Source: an uncultured Alphaproteobacteria bacterium
Lineage (GTDB): Bacteria > Pseudomonadota > Alphaproteobacteria > Rhizobiales > Xanthobacteraceae
NCBI GenBank assembly: GCA_963742085.1
Contig: CAVUKM010000015.1
Coordinates: 139,113 to 203,112 of the forward strand
Direction: 5' to 3'
DNA length: 64,000 nucleotides
Part shown: one piece after another, positions 1-10,059 of the stretch
Layout: each line of letters begins with the position of its first letter
Numbering within the stretch: the stretch's first letter is position 1
Position numbers and translations under genes: made by a program
The notes under the pieces: generated by a model
The model's database searches: none
What the model saw: the letters and a program-made list of their open reading frames with translations, nothing else
What the model was told of the DNA's origin: nothing

Positions 1-610
1 CGCCAAGGTTATCTATGGCGCGCTCAAGCGCAATCTAGTCAATGGCGGGACCATCCGCCTGCGGGGAAAGCCGATCCGCTATCGTGTGCCGCGGCAGGCG
101 ATCAATGACGGCATCGCCTACATCACCGAAGACCGCAAGGCGAACGGCTTCTTCGAGACCATGGTCGTCGACGACAATGTCTATCTTGGCAAGCTTGCCA
201 CGAAGAAAGGCTTCAGCTTCCTGTTGTCCCGCGCACGGCGCAGCCAGCTTGCGAACTATTGGGTCGATCGGTTGAAGATCAGCGCGCTGCAGCGGAAGGC
301 GCGGATCATGGAGCTCTCCGGCGGGAACCAGCAGAAGGTGGTGCTGGCCAAAACGCTGGTGCAGGGCCCCTCGATCATCATCCTCGACGAACCGACGCGC
401 GGCGTCGACGTTGGCACCATTCCGCACATCCATGCGGAGATCCGAAGGCTTGCCGACGAAGGCAAGGCGGTGGTCGTGATCTCTTCCTACCTGCCGGAGG
501 TTCTGGCCGTATCCGATCGCATCCTCGTCGCCCGCACCGGTCGCATTGTCGCCGAATTCGATGCAGCCGAGGCTACTCAGGACAAGATCCTCTACGCGGC
601 GGTGCATTGA
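1..610 (+). CDS. Sugar ABC transporter ATP-binding protein, C-terminal part (5' end outside window)
   Basis: Signature LSGGNQQKV, Walker B IILDEPTRGVD and C-terminal TQDKILYAA, as in RbsA/XylG-type ATPases. Confidence 0.9.
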   Translation, partial: AKVIYGALKRNLVNGGTIRLRGKPIRYRVPRQAINDGIAYITEDRKANGFFETMVVDDNVYLGKLATKKGFSFLLSRARRSQLANYWVDRLKISALQRKARIMELSGGNQQKVVLAKTLVQGPSIIILDEPTRGVDVGTIPHIHAEIRRLADEGKAVVVISSYLPEVLAVSDRILVARTGRIVAEFDAAEATQDKILYAAVH

Positions 611-672
611 GGTGTACGGGACCGTTCGCGGGGCTGGCGATCCAACGTTTTTCCATTTGCTGGGACCAGGCA

Positions 673-788
673 ATGACGACGACAAAAAACAACCTGGCGA
701 TCCGGAACAGTCCAAGCGGTTACTAGACGCCGCCAAAGAGGCTGAGGCCGATGAGGCAGCCAAGGGCGCGGACAACGCGTTCGAGTAA
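673..788 (+). pseudogene. Small hypothetical protein, probably frameshifted in an A6 run
   Basis: ATG at 673 reads MTTTK. One extra A would join it to KQPGDPEQSKRLLDAAKEAEADE, which resembles a small alphaproteobacterial protein family. Confidence 0.35.
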
Positions 789-1273
789 CGCGCTGCAAAC
801 GCGGATGCCGATAGCCAGATTTAAGTCGACGGCTTAACTTGCTGATTTATCGACATTATTGTAGCTGGGTATGGGAAGTGAAACATCGCCCATGAATATT
901 CCATAATATACCTTATGCGAATAACAGATATCTTCAGCCGATTGACCCATTTTGTTCCCTAAGAGCAGAAACGAGTCTGTTTAAGGCAATTCGGAGTCGA
1001 GCACGCCGAGTCATTGCGCGGCCTCGGGACACCACGCGGTACCCACAAGCTATGACCAACCGCGTGGGTCGGATCAGCGGTTTTGGACCTTCTGCATCGC
1101 GACCACAGATTTCCAAGATCGTTTGAGTGCGATGGGTAGCAAACTCGAATTTGCTGCCATTTGCGGTTCGTGAGCATGGCGCGGACTGGGCTGGCTGTCC
1201 CTGCCCTGACCCGGCTTGACTGACAGCTCGTCGCGCCGCACGAAAAGCCTGTCGATCTTGTCTGGATGTCCGG

Positions 1274-1723
1274 ATGGCCCCGAAATATCACCCGACACCC
1301 CTCTCCGGCAGCGACCGCAGGGCTCTGAAAAAGGAGCTCGGGAAGGCGCTTGCGATGGCCAACATCCTCGCCTCGCAGTCGGTGGAGATGCGGGCCAAGG
1401 GTGACGCGATGATCCAACAGGCCGACAAGCTGCTCTGTGAAAGCTGGAACGAGCGAATTTGGTCCAACGGCGAACCGATCGACCCATCCCCGACGATTGA
1501 CCAGGCGGTGAACGGCGGCTTCCCTTGGCTCGAAATCCAGTGCGCTCGGTGCAAGACGCCGAGCGACGTCGACCTCGCGGCAATGAAGCATCCGCCGACC
1601 ACCTTCGTCCATGATCTCGCCAGCCGGCTGCGCTGCCGTAAATGCGCCAAGGCGGGCCGACGTCCCGCGGCGACCCTGCTACAACTGGCTTGGCAGCCGC
1701 GCCATCCTCGAACCGAAGCCTGA
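1274..1723 (+). CDS. Hypothetical putative Zn-finger protein (CxxC...CxxC)
   Basis: 149 aa with CARC and CRKC pairs; stop lies 3 nt before the SRAP start; a decayed paralog is at ~22470-22825. Confidence 0.75.
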   Translation: MAPKYHPTPLSGSDRRALKKELGKALAMANILASQSVEMRAKGDAMIQQADKLLCESWNERIWSNGEPIDPSPTIDQAVNGGFPWLEIQCARCKTPSDVDLAAMKHPPTTFVHDLASRLRCRKCAKAGRRPAATLLQLAWQPRHPRTEA

Positions 1724-1726
1724 ACG

Positions 1727-2452
1727 ATGTGCAATCTCTATTCGATCACGACCAACCAGGCCGCCATCATCGCGCTGTTCCGCGTCGTGAACCGATACGT
1801 GGGCAATCTCGCGCCGATGCCCGGGGTGTTTCCGGACTACAAGGCGCCCATTGTGCGCACCGGAGCCGAGGGCCGGGAGCTCGCCACGGCGCGGTGGGGC
1901 ATGCCATCGTCGTCAAAGGCGTTGATGGATGCCACCAAGAAACGGGCGGACAAGCTGCAGGCCAAGGGCAAGCCAGTCGAGTTCAAGGAACTGCTCCGGA
2001 TGGAGCCGGACGGCGGCACGACCAATATCCGCAACGTGAAGAGCAAGCACTGGACGAGATGGCTTGGCACCGGGAGCCGCTGCGTCGTTCCGTTCAACTC
2101 GTTCAGCGAGTTCAACAAGGCCGAGGGCGGCGACATCTGGTTTGCGCTCGGCGACAGCCGCCCCCTCGCCTGCTTCGCCGGCCTTTGGACCAACTGGACG
2201 TCCGTCCGAAAGGTCAAGGAAGGCGAGACCGCCAACGACCTCTACGCCTTCCTGACGACGGAGCCGAACGCCGAGGTCGGCGCGATCCACCCCAAGGCGA
2301 TGCCGGTGATCCTGACTACGTCGGCCGAAGTCGAGACCTGGATGACGGCGCCTCCGGACGAGGCCCTCAAGCTGCAGCGGCCGCTGCCGGACGGAACGCT
2401 CAGGATCGTCGCCCGCGGCGTCAAGGAAGACCCGGCGGGAACGGCAACGTGA
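1727..2452 (+). CDS. SOS response-associated peptidase (SRAP/HMCES/YedK family)
   Basis: N-terminal MCNLY with catalytic Cys2, VVPFNSFSEF, and IHPKAMPVIL. Confidence 0.92.
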   Translation: MCNLYSITTNQAAIIALFRVVNRYVGNLAPMPGVFPDYKAPIVRTGAEGRELATARWGMPSSSKALMDATKKRADKLQAKGKPVEFKELLRMEPDGGTTNIRNVKSKHWTRWLGTGSRCVVPFNSFSEFNKAEGGDIWFALGDSRPLACFAGLWTNWTSVRKVKEGETANDLYAFLTTEPNAEVGAIHPKAMPVILTTSAEVETWMTAPPDEALKLQRPLPDGTLRIVARGVKEDPAGTAT

Positions 2453-2519
2453 CCGACGGCGGGCTGCGGTTTGATGCCCGGCCATGCCACATCGAAATGT
2501 TCGAACCAGCCGGCCTCGA

Positions 2520-3519
2520 CTACGCTGCAATGGCGGCAACGAAATATGGGATCACGTGCTTCAACGCCACGCCAGCGTTGTGCGAAGATGGAAATTCCTG
2601 CGCATAGATGCTCATGGCTTCGTCTGGGAAATGACACACCCGGTTGGGTATGGCCGTAACGTAGATGAATGACGCATCCGGCCACTTGGAGCGAATGACG
2701 CCGTGCGTCGTTTCGACGGAGGTGACGTTCTTGGCTCCGGCCGCCTGTGCTTTCGCGATAGCTCCCGTATCGATATCGCAATACTGAGCGCCAGCCGGAA
2801 TGTTAACAGAGCTGATACCGACCGCGTCGGCCGCCACAATAAGCTGAAGCACGTTCGCAGGCCGGTTTTGGGGCGCGATCATTTCGAGACTGATGGTGTT
2901 AAGCGCTTTTTGGTCGGCGGCCAGAACTCGAAAAGAAGGAGGAAGGAGTTTTGCTCGGAACGAGCGTTTCCATATGGCCTGGCCACGACCAGTTTCCGTG
3001 GATGCCGTCGGCGTCGTTGGACGCATCGTGGATGAAAATCGTGCCGCCGATCGTCGCACAACCGTCATTCGAGGCAAGCCCCGGATAACCTGCTGTGCCA
3101 AAAGCAACGACCCCATCGGGCGTGCTCCCGTAAGCCGTGATCTTGTCCATGGCAGTCACTTTGGCGCCGCTCTCTCCCTTCGTGTTGGCGAGATCGTCGA
3201 TGCACCAAATCTCCATCGTCGCCGAGGGGGTCTTGTCCGATGGGTTCTTGCGGACGTCCATCAGGCAGCGCGGTTTGTCGCTGTCGGAAGGAGGATCTTT
3301 CGGAGCGCGAGGCCAGATGACGCTGTAGGGCGTACTGAGATAGGAGCCGCGTGCCATCTGGTTGCAGACGGCGGCCATGAGTCCATCCGCTTCGTGATAG
3401 CGATTTGCTACGACGACGATCCGGAGCGGCTTTCCGGGAGACGTCTGGGCGAATAATCCCGTGGGACCGGCGACCAACGTCGCCCCGGCCGCCGTTAGAA
3501 AAGCTCTCCTATCCAGCAT
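2520..3519 (-). pseudogene. Tat-signal protein with a nucleoside-phosphorylase-like fold, frameshifted near 2915-2930
   Basis: MLDRRAFLTAAGA after a GGAGGGGG RBS; GVVAFGTAG motif. The frame changes at SFFSS/LAADQKAL and continues through VTSVETTHG and FIYVTAIPN to a stop at 2520. Confidence 0.55.
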
Positions 3520-3747
3520 AGCCCCCTCCCCGCGAAAAACCGACGAGAGTTTGAACGACGCATTCGCAGTTGTCGAGGTGGTATCAAAACGCAACTTTAA
3601 GCGGGACGCGCCAGCTTCCGACGCCCCCAATGATGATCCTTCCGGTCGGCGAACACGCGCTCGACGTTCCGGTTCAGCGCCCGCAGCATTGCGTTGCCGA
3701 AGCGAAAAACGCTACCGGTTCTGAAAAACGCCCCTATGTTCGGGGCG

Positions 3748-3990
3748 GGATTCGGTCGGCATCAAGATCAGGATCGGCGACGGCGCGCGGACAACAAAAT
3801 GCGCCAGCGCGCCGATCAACGCCGCGGTGTAGCCGATGCGCGCCGATTTCAGGACCGAGACGCGCTCAATCGCCGGATCGCCGATGGCGTCGGCAATGCC
3901 GCGCTGATAGGCGAACAGCTTGATCGGTCTCGACTTGGCGGTGACGCCTTCGGGCAACACGACGCTGGCTTCGATCCAGTCGGGCAGCGA
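3748..3990 (-). pseudogene. Phage terminase large subunit (GpA-like) N-terminal fragment
   Basis: LPDWIEASVVLP...YQRGIADAIGDPAIERVSVLKSARIGYT, a lambda GpA-type Walker A region; the rest of the gene is absent. Confidence 0.75.
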
Positions 3991-4126
3991 TTGCTTTCGC
4001 TTGGCGATGACGCGGACCACTTTGCTTTCCGCTGTTTGGCGCGTCCTGCCGGGAGGTCTGCCATCAGGCGCAATGCGGGACAGTATACCTAAAAAATGGA
4101 AACTCACCTCTGTGACCCAGAGCGAC

Positions 4127-5088
4127 CTATGATCGACCTGCGCCCAAGGGGGTGGGTGGTGCGGGCCGTTGAACCTCCGGCCTGAGCCATGAACGCATCG
4201 ATGCGTCCCAGTTGATCGTGCGGTTTCTGCCCGCCGCCTTGGCCGCATAGAGAGCCTTATCGGCACGGTCGAGCAACTCTTGTAGCGGCACGTCCGGGTC
4301 CATCAGCGCCAGTCCAAACGAGACGCTGACGTGAAATACTTCCTCGCCGGGGGCTCTGTGCCCTAACGACGAAAGGTCTTCTCGCAGCCGCTCAGCAATC
4401 TCATAGGTTTCTCTCAGGTCAGTGTCAGGGAAGGAAAGTAAGAACTCCTCTCCGCCATATCGGAACACCTTATCGTAGGGGCGCAGGTGTTCCATGACGT
4501 AGCGCGCAAAAGCAATCAAGACCTTGTCGCCGATGACGTGGCCGTACTTATCGTTGACGCCCTTGAAATCGTCCAAATCCATCATCGCAATGGTACAAGG
4601 GCGCATTTCGCGCTTTACCAACGCTTGCTGCTGGCGCAGGGTCGTCAGCATTCCGGTGCGGTTCGGGACCCCTGTCATCGGATCGAGGTTGTACAGCGCA
4701 TCGGTGAGTTCTCGCTGAACGGTCGCGATTTGCAGCTGCAACTGTTTGAGCGCGGTCACGAAGCGTTGGTAGTCCGCGACCGCTATCGGAGTAACATCCA
4801 CCAACGACCGAAAAAAGTCGCCGCACATTGATGCATGCGCTCATGCTCGATCCCCATTGCTTCAAATCCGATAACGTGTTCGAGCGCGCCGAACCCGGCT
4901 TTGTCATACCATTGCCCAAACCGGCAATTGTGATGCGCATCGCCGTTCAAATCTCGCGGATCCACCGCCGTGCGGCAGATTAACGTGCTGTTGAGCGTCT
5001 CGGCCCATTGCAGATGATTATAGGTAGCCTGATCGAGTTCCTTCAGCGCGGAACGAATTTCGTCGTCGGACATGCTGAAAATGGCCAT
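4127..5088 (-). pseudogene. CZB + GGDEF diguanylate cyclase (DgcZ-like), frameshifted in the A6 run at 4811-4816
   Basis: CZB ligands HLQW, CRFGQW and HERMH in the 5' frame; RPYD I-site and YGGEEF in the 3' frame. One added base restores a single ORF. Confidence 0.85.
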
Positions 5089-5181
5089 TTCAACGCCTCC
5101 CACTGAAAGTCAAGGCCAAGCGTGCAACCACCAAGAATAACAACGATCATGCAATTATCGCTTTTTCTGACTTTTCCAGAC

Positions 5182-5195
5182 ATGATTTAGATCAA
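5182..5195 (-). promoter_or_regulatory. Possible FNR/FixK-type box upstream of the CZB-GGDEF gene
   Basis: TTGAT-CTAA-ATCAT on the minus strand, one mismatch to TTGAT-N4-ATCAA, about 100 nt upstream of the ATG. Confidence 0.4.
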
Positions 5196-5671
5196 GTCCG
5201 CTCGACGTCCTCACATGACGCAGACCATCAAGTAACTGATTGAGCGTTCGTTGCGTCCTGCGGTGCAAGGGAACTTCCACTTTTTTTGGCCGACTAATCT
5301 CGGACATTGCGCTATGTCCGACTTTAAGTCCGCTCCAAAGCGGACACTCAGCAACGATCTTGCGCGGTCATTGAAATTCTGCGAGTTTTTCCCCGCATAT
5401 AGCTTGCCTTAGAAGGACCCGCTTGGGCGTACAGCAAGTAAGAGGCAGATGCTGTCATCTGTTTCGTTTTCTTCCAGCCAAAACGTGGGGAACGGCCTGA
5501 CGCGTCGCTTGCGCTTGCGGGACATCCGCGCCACCTTAGGGTAGCGCACCCGATCTCATATGATGGCCAGGAGTACAAACGCTCCATGCAAGGGCCGGAT
5601 ACAGATGCGCAAGACCAACCCCCTCCATTTATTCACATTCGGCTTGCAACGCACGGCCGGTCCATACAGTT

Positions 5672-5776
5672 GGGTCATTTCGGAAGTCGGGCCGCGTCCG
5701 GGTCAGGTCCGTTCATGCCTCAGGAGCAGACATGCAGCGACTGCATCGGCATGTCGGTTTCGTGCCATAAGCGACC
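5672..5776. repeat. REP-like intergenic mosaic repeat
   Basis: GGGTCATTTCGGAAGT...GTCCGTTCA...AGCAGACAT...CATGTC...GTGCCA; the same motifs recur at ~5300-5350, 9452-9542, 12178-12294, 16836-16915, 27847-27926, 28563-28658 and 33439-33456. Confidence 0.65.
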
Positions 5777-5949
5777 AATGCACCGCAGCAATTTTTTTCG
5801 ATAAGCGATAACAGCACCCCACTTTATGGCCCTCACGTGCCGGTGGAGGAGCCGTCCACAGCATCAAGAGCGGACACCAGTTATCAGATGGGCAGACACG
5901 CCGAAGCACGATAGTTTGCCGATTAGGCTAGGTCCGTTGGAGGCGAAAA

Positions 5950-6855
5950 ATGTTTGAAGTTGTAGAATTTCCATCCGAGGGCGCTCTGTTGCGCGGCCGT
6001 TTTTACCGTCCGGAGCGGACGGCACCGTTTCCGGTCGTCATAATGACCCATGGGACGACCGCCACTATTACCATGGCACTCGACCACTATGCGGAGGTCT
6101 TCTGTCAGGCTGGCTTGGCTGTTTTGCTTTATGATCATCGCAACTTCGGCATGAGTGATGGTGAGCCCCGACAGCAGATCAACCCCTGGACACAAGCGCG
6201 CGGTTACCGCGACGCCGTGAACTACCTGCTGACACGTCAGGATGTCCGAGCCGACCGCATAGCAGCATGGGGCGACAGCTATTCTGGGATGATCACACTT
6301 GTAGTCGGCGCGCTAGAGCCGCGCCTTGCCGCCGTGGCCGTGCAATGCCCCACATGCGGCATAGAAAAGCCAAACGTTGAACCGTCTGATGAACATTTCC
6401 AGATGATGCAGGCGGTCTTTGCCGGCGGGGACGTGCGGGGAACACCCGAAACGACCATCGGCCCTATGCCCGTCGTGTCCTTCGATCAGGCGGGGTCGCC
6501 TTCTTTGCTCAAGCCGATCCAGGCGTTCCGGTGGTTTATAGACTATGGCGGCCGACACGGGTCACTTTGGGAAAACCGCGTGACCCGCGTCGTCCCGCCG
6601 ACGCCGGTGCCGTTCAGTGCTTATCTGGCAGCACCGTATATCAAGGTGCCGACCTTCATGATGGTTGGTCGCAACGACGAGATGGCACACTGCAATCCGG
6701 ACGTGACGCAGGCAACTTACGAATTGATGCGTTGCCCGAAACAATGGGCCGACATCGATGGCGGACACTTCGGGCTGCTCTATTATCCGAGCGAAATTTT
6801 CGCGCAGGCCAGTAAGCAGCAATGTCAGTTCTTGGTTGGCGCGTTGAAAGGCTAA
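5950..6855 (+). CDS. Alpha/beta-fold hydrolase
   Basis: GDSYSG nucleophile elbow, LLYDHRNFG, and C-terminal GGHF His. Confidence 0.85.
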   Translation: MFEVVEFPSEGALLRGRFYRPERTAPFPVVIMTHGTTATITMALDHYAEVFCQAGLAVLLYDHRNFGMSDGEPRQQINPWTQARGYRDAVNYLLTRQDVRADRIAAWGDSYSGMITLVVGALEPRLAAVAVQCPTCGIEKPNVEPSDEHFQMMQAVFAGGDVRGTPETTIGPMPVVSFDQAGSPSLLKPIQAFRWFIDYGGRHGSLWENRVTRVVPPTPVPFSAYLAAPYIKVPTFMMVGRNDEMAHCNPDVTQATYELMRCPKQWADIDGGHFGLLYYPSEIFAQASKQQCQFLVGALKG

Positions 6856-7021
6856 CGCCGGCGGATCAGTGCTGTTGTCGATGTCTGCTGTGGGTCACAG
6901 GACTAAACCGCTCGCGCGGTAGGGCCCTGCTGCGGGCGACACGGCCAATGGGATAGCGCGGTGGGGCGTCCTGTCTTGAGATGAGGGGTTCGCAACCTTC
7001 ATCAAGACAGGAGCATCCCCC

Positions 7022-7900
7022 ATGACCGATGAGGCCACAAGCCCGCTGCGGCAGCGCATGATCGAAGACATGACGATCCGCAAGTTGACGCTGAAGACTC
7101 AGCGTGACTATGTGCAGCGGGTCAAGAACTTCGCCACCTTCCTCGGCCGCTCGCCCGATACTGCGAGCTTCGAGGACGTGCGTCGCTATCAACTTCATCT
7201 GATAGCCAGTGGCGCCGGCGTTCCGACCCTCAACCAAAGCGTCTCGACACTGCGGTTCTTTTTCAGGATCACGCTTGGGCGCGCCGACATCGTGAACCAC
7301 ACTCAGTTCATCCACGAACCACGCAAGCTGCCGGTGGTCCTGAGCCCGGAGGAAGTCGCACGTTTTCTCGATGCGGCGCCAGGGCTCAAATACAAGGCGG
7401 CATTGAGTGTGGCCTATGGGGCCGGCTTGCGCGTGTCCGAGGTAGTTGCGCTGAAGATATCCGACATCGACAGCAAGCGCATGGTGATCCGGATCGAGCA
7501 GGGCAAGGGCCACAAAGATCGCTACGTGATGTTGTCGCCGCATCTGCTCGAGCTGTTGCGCGCCTGGTACAAGGCGGCACGCCCCCAGGGCTGGCTGTTT
7601 CCCGGAATGAACCCGGTCAACCCGATGTCGGCGCGCCAGCTCAGGCGCGCCTGCGATACCGCCGCCCAGATGGCCGAGATCGACAAGCCGGTTTCCCCGC
7701 ACACCCTTCGTCACAGCTTTGCGACGCATCTGCTGGAGCAGAACACCGATATCAGGGTGATCCAGGTCTTGTTGGGGCACGCCAAGCTCGACACCACGGC
7801 GCCCTATACGCGTGTCGTCACCAAGACCATCCGGGAGATCATGAGCCCGCTCGATCGCATCACGGCCAAGCTCAAGGAGGCCACTGAACCGCCCGCCTGA
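7022..7900 (+). CDS. Tyrosine recombinase/integrase
   Basis: YGAGLRVSEV, GKGHKDR, HTLRHSFATHLLE and LLGH...TTAPY catalytic residues. Confidence 0.92.
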   Translation: MTDEATSPLRQRMIEDMTIRKLTLKTQRDYVQRVKNFATFLGRSPDTASFEDVRRYQLHLIASGAGVPTLNQSVSTLRFFFRITLGRADIVNHTQFIHEPRKLPVVLSPEEVARFLDAAPGLKYKAALSVAYGAGLRVSEVVALKISDIDSKRMVIRIEQGKGHKDRYVMLSPHLLELLRAWYKAARPQGWLFPGMNPVNPMSARQLRRACDTAAQMAEIDKPVSPHTLRHSFATHLLEQNTDIRVIQVLLGHAKLDTTAPYTRVVTKTIREIMSPLDRITAKLKEATEPPA

Positions 7901-7913
7901 CACGAACTCGCGC

Positions 7914-9113
7914 GTGTCGCGTCCATCGCTGGAGGTCGCGGGCATCTTCCGCGGCCACGGCCCGGCGTGGCGCCGGGCCAATGCCGGCCATGTCAGCCTC
8001 GGCCAACTGAAGGTGATGTCGGCGATCGAGAACTGCCGCACGGCGGCGCTCGGCGGTCATGTCGCGCGCTGCGAGAAGTGCGCGCACAGCCAGATCTCGT
8101 ACAATTCCTGCCGCAACCGGCATTGCCCGAAGTGCCAGGGCGCGGCGGCAAAGGACTGGCTGGCCGCGCGCGAGGCCGATCTGCTGCCGGTGCCGTACTA
8201 TCACGTCGTGTTTACACTGCCGGCGGCCATCGCCGACATTGCCTACCAGAACAAGGCCGTCATCTACGACGTCCTGTTCAAAGCCTCGGCCGAGACCCTG
8301 ACCACCATAGCGGCTGACCCAAAACACCTCGGCGCCCGCGTCGGCATCACCTCGGTCCTCCATACCTGGGGTTCGGCGATGACCCATCACCCGCACGTCC
8401 ACATGATCGTGCCGGGCGGCGGCATCTCGCTCGACGGTGAGCGCTGGGTAGCGTGCCGCTCCGGCTTCTTCCTGCCGGTGCGCGTGCTCTCGCGCCTGTT
8501 CCGACGGCTGTTCCTGGAGAAGCTCCTCGCCGCCCACCAGGCCGGCCGCCTGAAGTTCTTCGGCGATCACGCCGCTCTCGCCAATGCGCCAGCGTTCGTG
8601 GCCTATCTGGCACCGATACGCCGAGCCGAATGGGTGGTCTATGCCAAGCGCCCGTTCGGCGGACCACAGGCCGTGCTGGCTTATCTGTCGCGCTATACCC
8701 ATCGCGTCGCTATCGCCAACAGCCGGCTGATCGCCTGCGACCGCGGTGCTGTCACTTTCCGATGGAAAGACTGCCGTGCCGAAGGCCGTGATCGCCAAAA
8801 GGTCATGACACTCTCAACCGCCGAGTTCATCCGCCGTTTCCTGATCCACGTCCTGCCGTCCGGCTTTCACCGCATCCGTCACTATGGTCTGCTCGCGAGC
8901 GGTACCCGCGCCGACAACATCGCCCGCGCCCGTGAACTGTTGGCCGTTTCAAACTCTGAAGGCCAGCCCACCGCTACCGCCGTCGATGCCGGCAAGCCGA
9001 AGTGTCCATGCTGCGGCGGTCGCATGATCATCATCGAGGTCTTCGAGCGCGCTGCCACGCCACGGCATCGGCCGACCGCTCCACCCATCGCAATTAGGGT
9101 CGACACCTCATGA
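7914..9113 (+). CDS. IS91-family transposase (Zn-binding N-domain, HUH, Y2)
   Basis: SCRNRHCPKC, YHVVFTLP, HPHVHMIV (HUH), YLSRY and RIRHYGLL. Confidence 0.93.
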   Translation: MSRPSLEVAGIFRGHGPAWRRANAGHVSLGQLKVMSAIENCRTAALGGHVARCEKCAHSQISYNSCRNRHCPKCQGAAAKDWLAAREADLLPVPYYHVVFTLPAAIADIAYQNKAVIYDVLFKASAETLTTIAADPKHLGARVGITSVLHTWGSAMTHHPHVHMIVPGGGISLDGERWVACRSGFFLPVRVLSRLFRRLFLEKLLAAHQAGRLKFFGDHAALANAPAFVAYLAPIRRAEWVVYAKRPFGGPQAVLAYLSRYTHRVAIANSRLIACDRGAVTFRWKDCRAEGRDRQKVMTLSTAEFIRRFLIHVLPSGFHRIRHYGLLASGTRADNIARARELLAVSNSEGQPTATAVDAGKPKCPCCGGRMIIIEVFERAATPRHRPTAPPIAIRVDTS

Positions 9114-9542
9114 CGACATCACAATCCCGCAAATCCGATCGTCGCACGCGCTGCCTCTCAACCGGCCACGGCAGAGCGCGTCCAGACATCCGCCTGTCGT
9201 CACAGATCGTCCGACAACTTACCGAGTTCGACGCGACCCGCCGCTCATCCAGCAGCCGTTTCACCATCCACCAGCTTGCTGGAGCGCCTCAACTCCATTC
9301 ACCCACCTCATCCGCGGCGCTCAAATCCCCATAGCCCAAGCCGCGACACCCACGTCCTCCTCTCGCGGCTTCCTCCCTTGGAGGTTTGCGTACGCCGGCC
9401 CCCGGTGCACGCCGCGCCACCGTCATGGGGCCGCCATCCGCAAACCTTCACAAAAACGGTCCTGATGGCCGCGAAACGCCACTTCCGCGTTACCCCGAGG
9501 AACGGACATCATCAGGTCGGCCCGCTTGGTCCGGTTCGTGCC

Positions 9543-9759
9543 GATTGTGTTGAAAAAGTCCTTTTTCGCGACGATTGAAAATTCTCAGGACCGCTTGTGC
9601 GTCTCGCTCACCGCGATGCGAGGGACCACATCAAATACAGCAAAACCGGCTGCTGGCGTTCGTATCGATTTTACAGAGCATCGCAGCGGCTGAAATCGCC
9701 AACATGCATCATTTGCGAGATTCTCGAAGCCCGCGATTTTCGAGTTTTTCAACACAATC
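9543..9759. mobile_element. MITE copy 1 (217 bp, 18-bp terminal inverted repeats)
   Basis: GATTGTGTTGAAAAAGTC ... GAGTTTTTCAACACAATC (17/18 complementary); no ORF of note; flanked by TGCC and CGCC. Confidence 0.8.
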
Positions 9760-9806
9760 CGCCAAGAACAGACATTCGTTTTATCGCTCTGCTGGTCGGT
9801 CCCGTC

Positions 9807-10043
9807 TCAGACCGCAAGCCAGCGCGCCAAATCGTTCGGTTTGGGCAGACCGCCCGCATGCACCACTTTGCCGTCGATGACGATGCCCGGCGTCGAAACG
9901 ATGCCGTAACCCGCGATCACCGCATAGTCAGTCACCTTCTCGATCTTGACCGTAACACCAAGCTTGTCGGCCTCCGCCTGCAGCATCTCGGCCGTGGCAA
10001 CGCAGCGTTTGCAGCCGGGGCCGAGGACTTTGATGTCCCTCAT
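9807..10043 (-). CDS. Small thioredoxin-like redox-active disulfide protein
   Basis: IKVLGPGCKRC (CxxC) and STPGIVIDG; 78 aa; directly downstream of the permease. Confidence 0.9.
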   Translation of the reverse strand: MRDIKVLGPGCKRCVATAEMLQAEADKLGVTVKIEKVTDYAVIAGYGIVSTPGIVIDGKVVHAGGLPKPNDLARWLAV

Positions 10044-10059
10044 AACTTTTCTCCGTAGC

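Larger units (their letters stand above)
6899..9452 (+). mobile_element. IS91-like rolling-circle element encoding a tyrosine recombinase and a Y2 transposase
   Basis: Two adjacent co-oriented ORFs; TCACA at both junctions (6895-6899, 9448-9452); subterminal inverted repeat GAGGTTTGCG / CGCAAACCTT near the right end. Confidence 0.8.

Noticed and set aside
790-1273. LexA box upstream of the Zn-finger/SRAP module
   Set aside because: No GTTC-N7-GTTC or GAAC-N7-GAAC match was found by eye.
6866-8798. Long antisense ORFs over the integrase and IS91 transposase
   Set aside because: Shadow ORFs of GC-rich coding sequence with no motifs.
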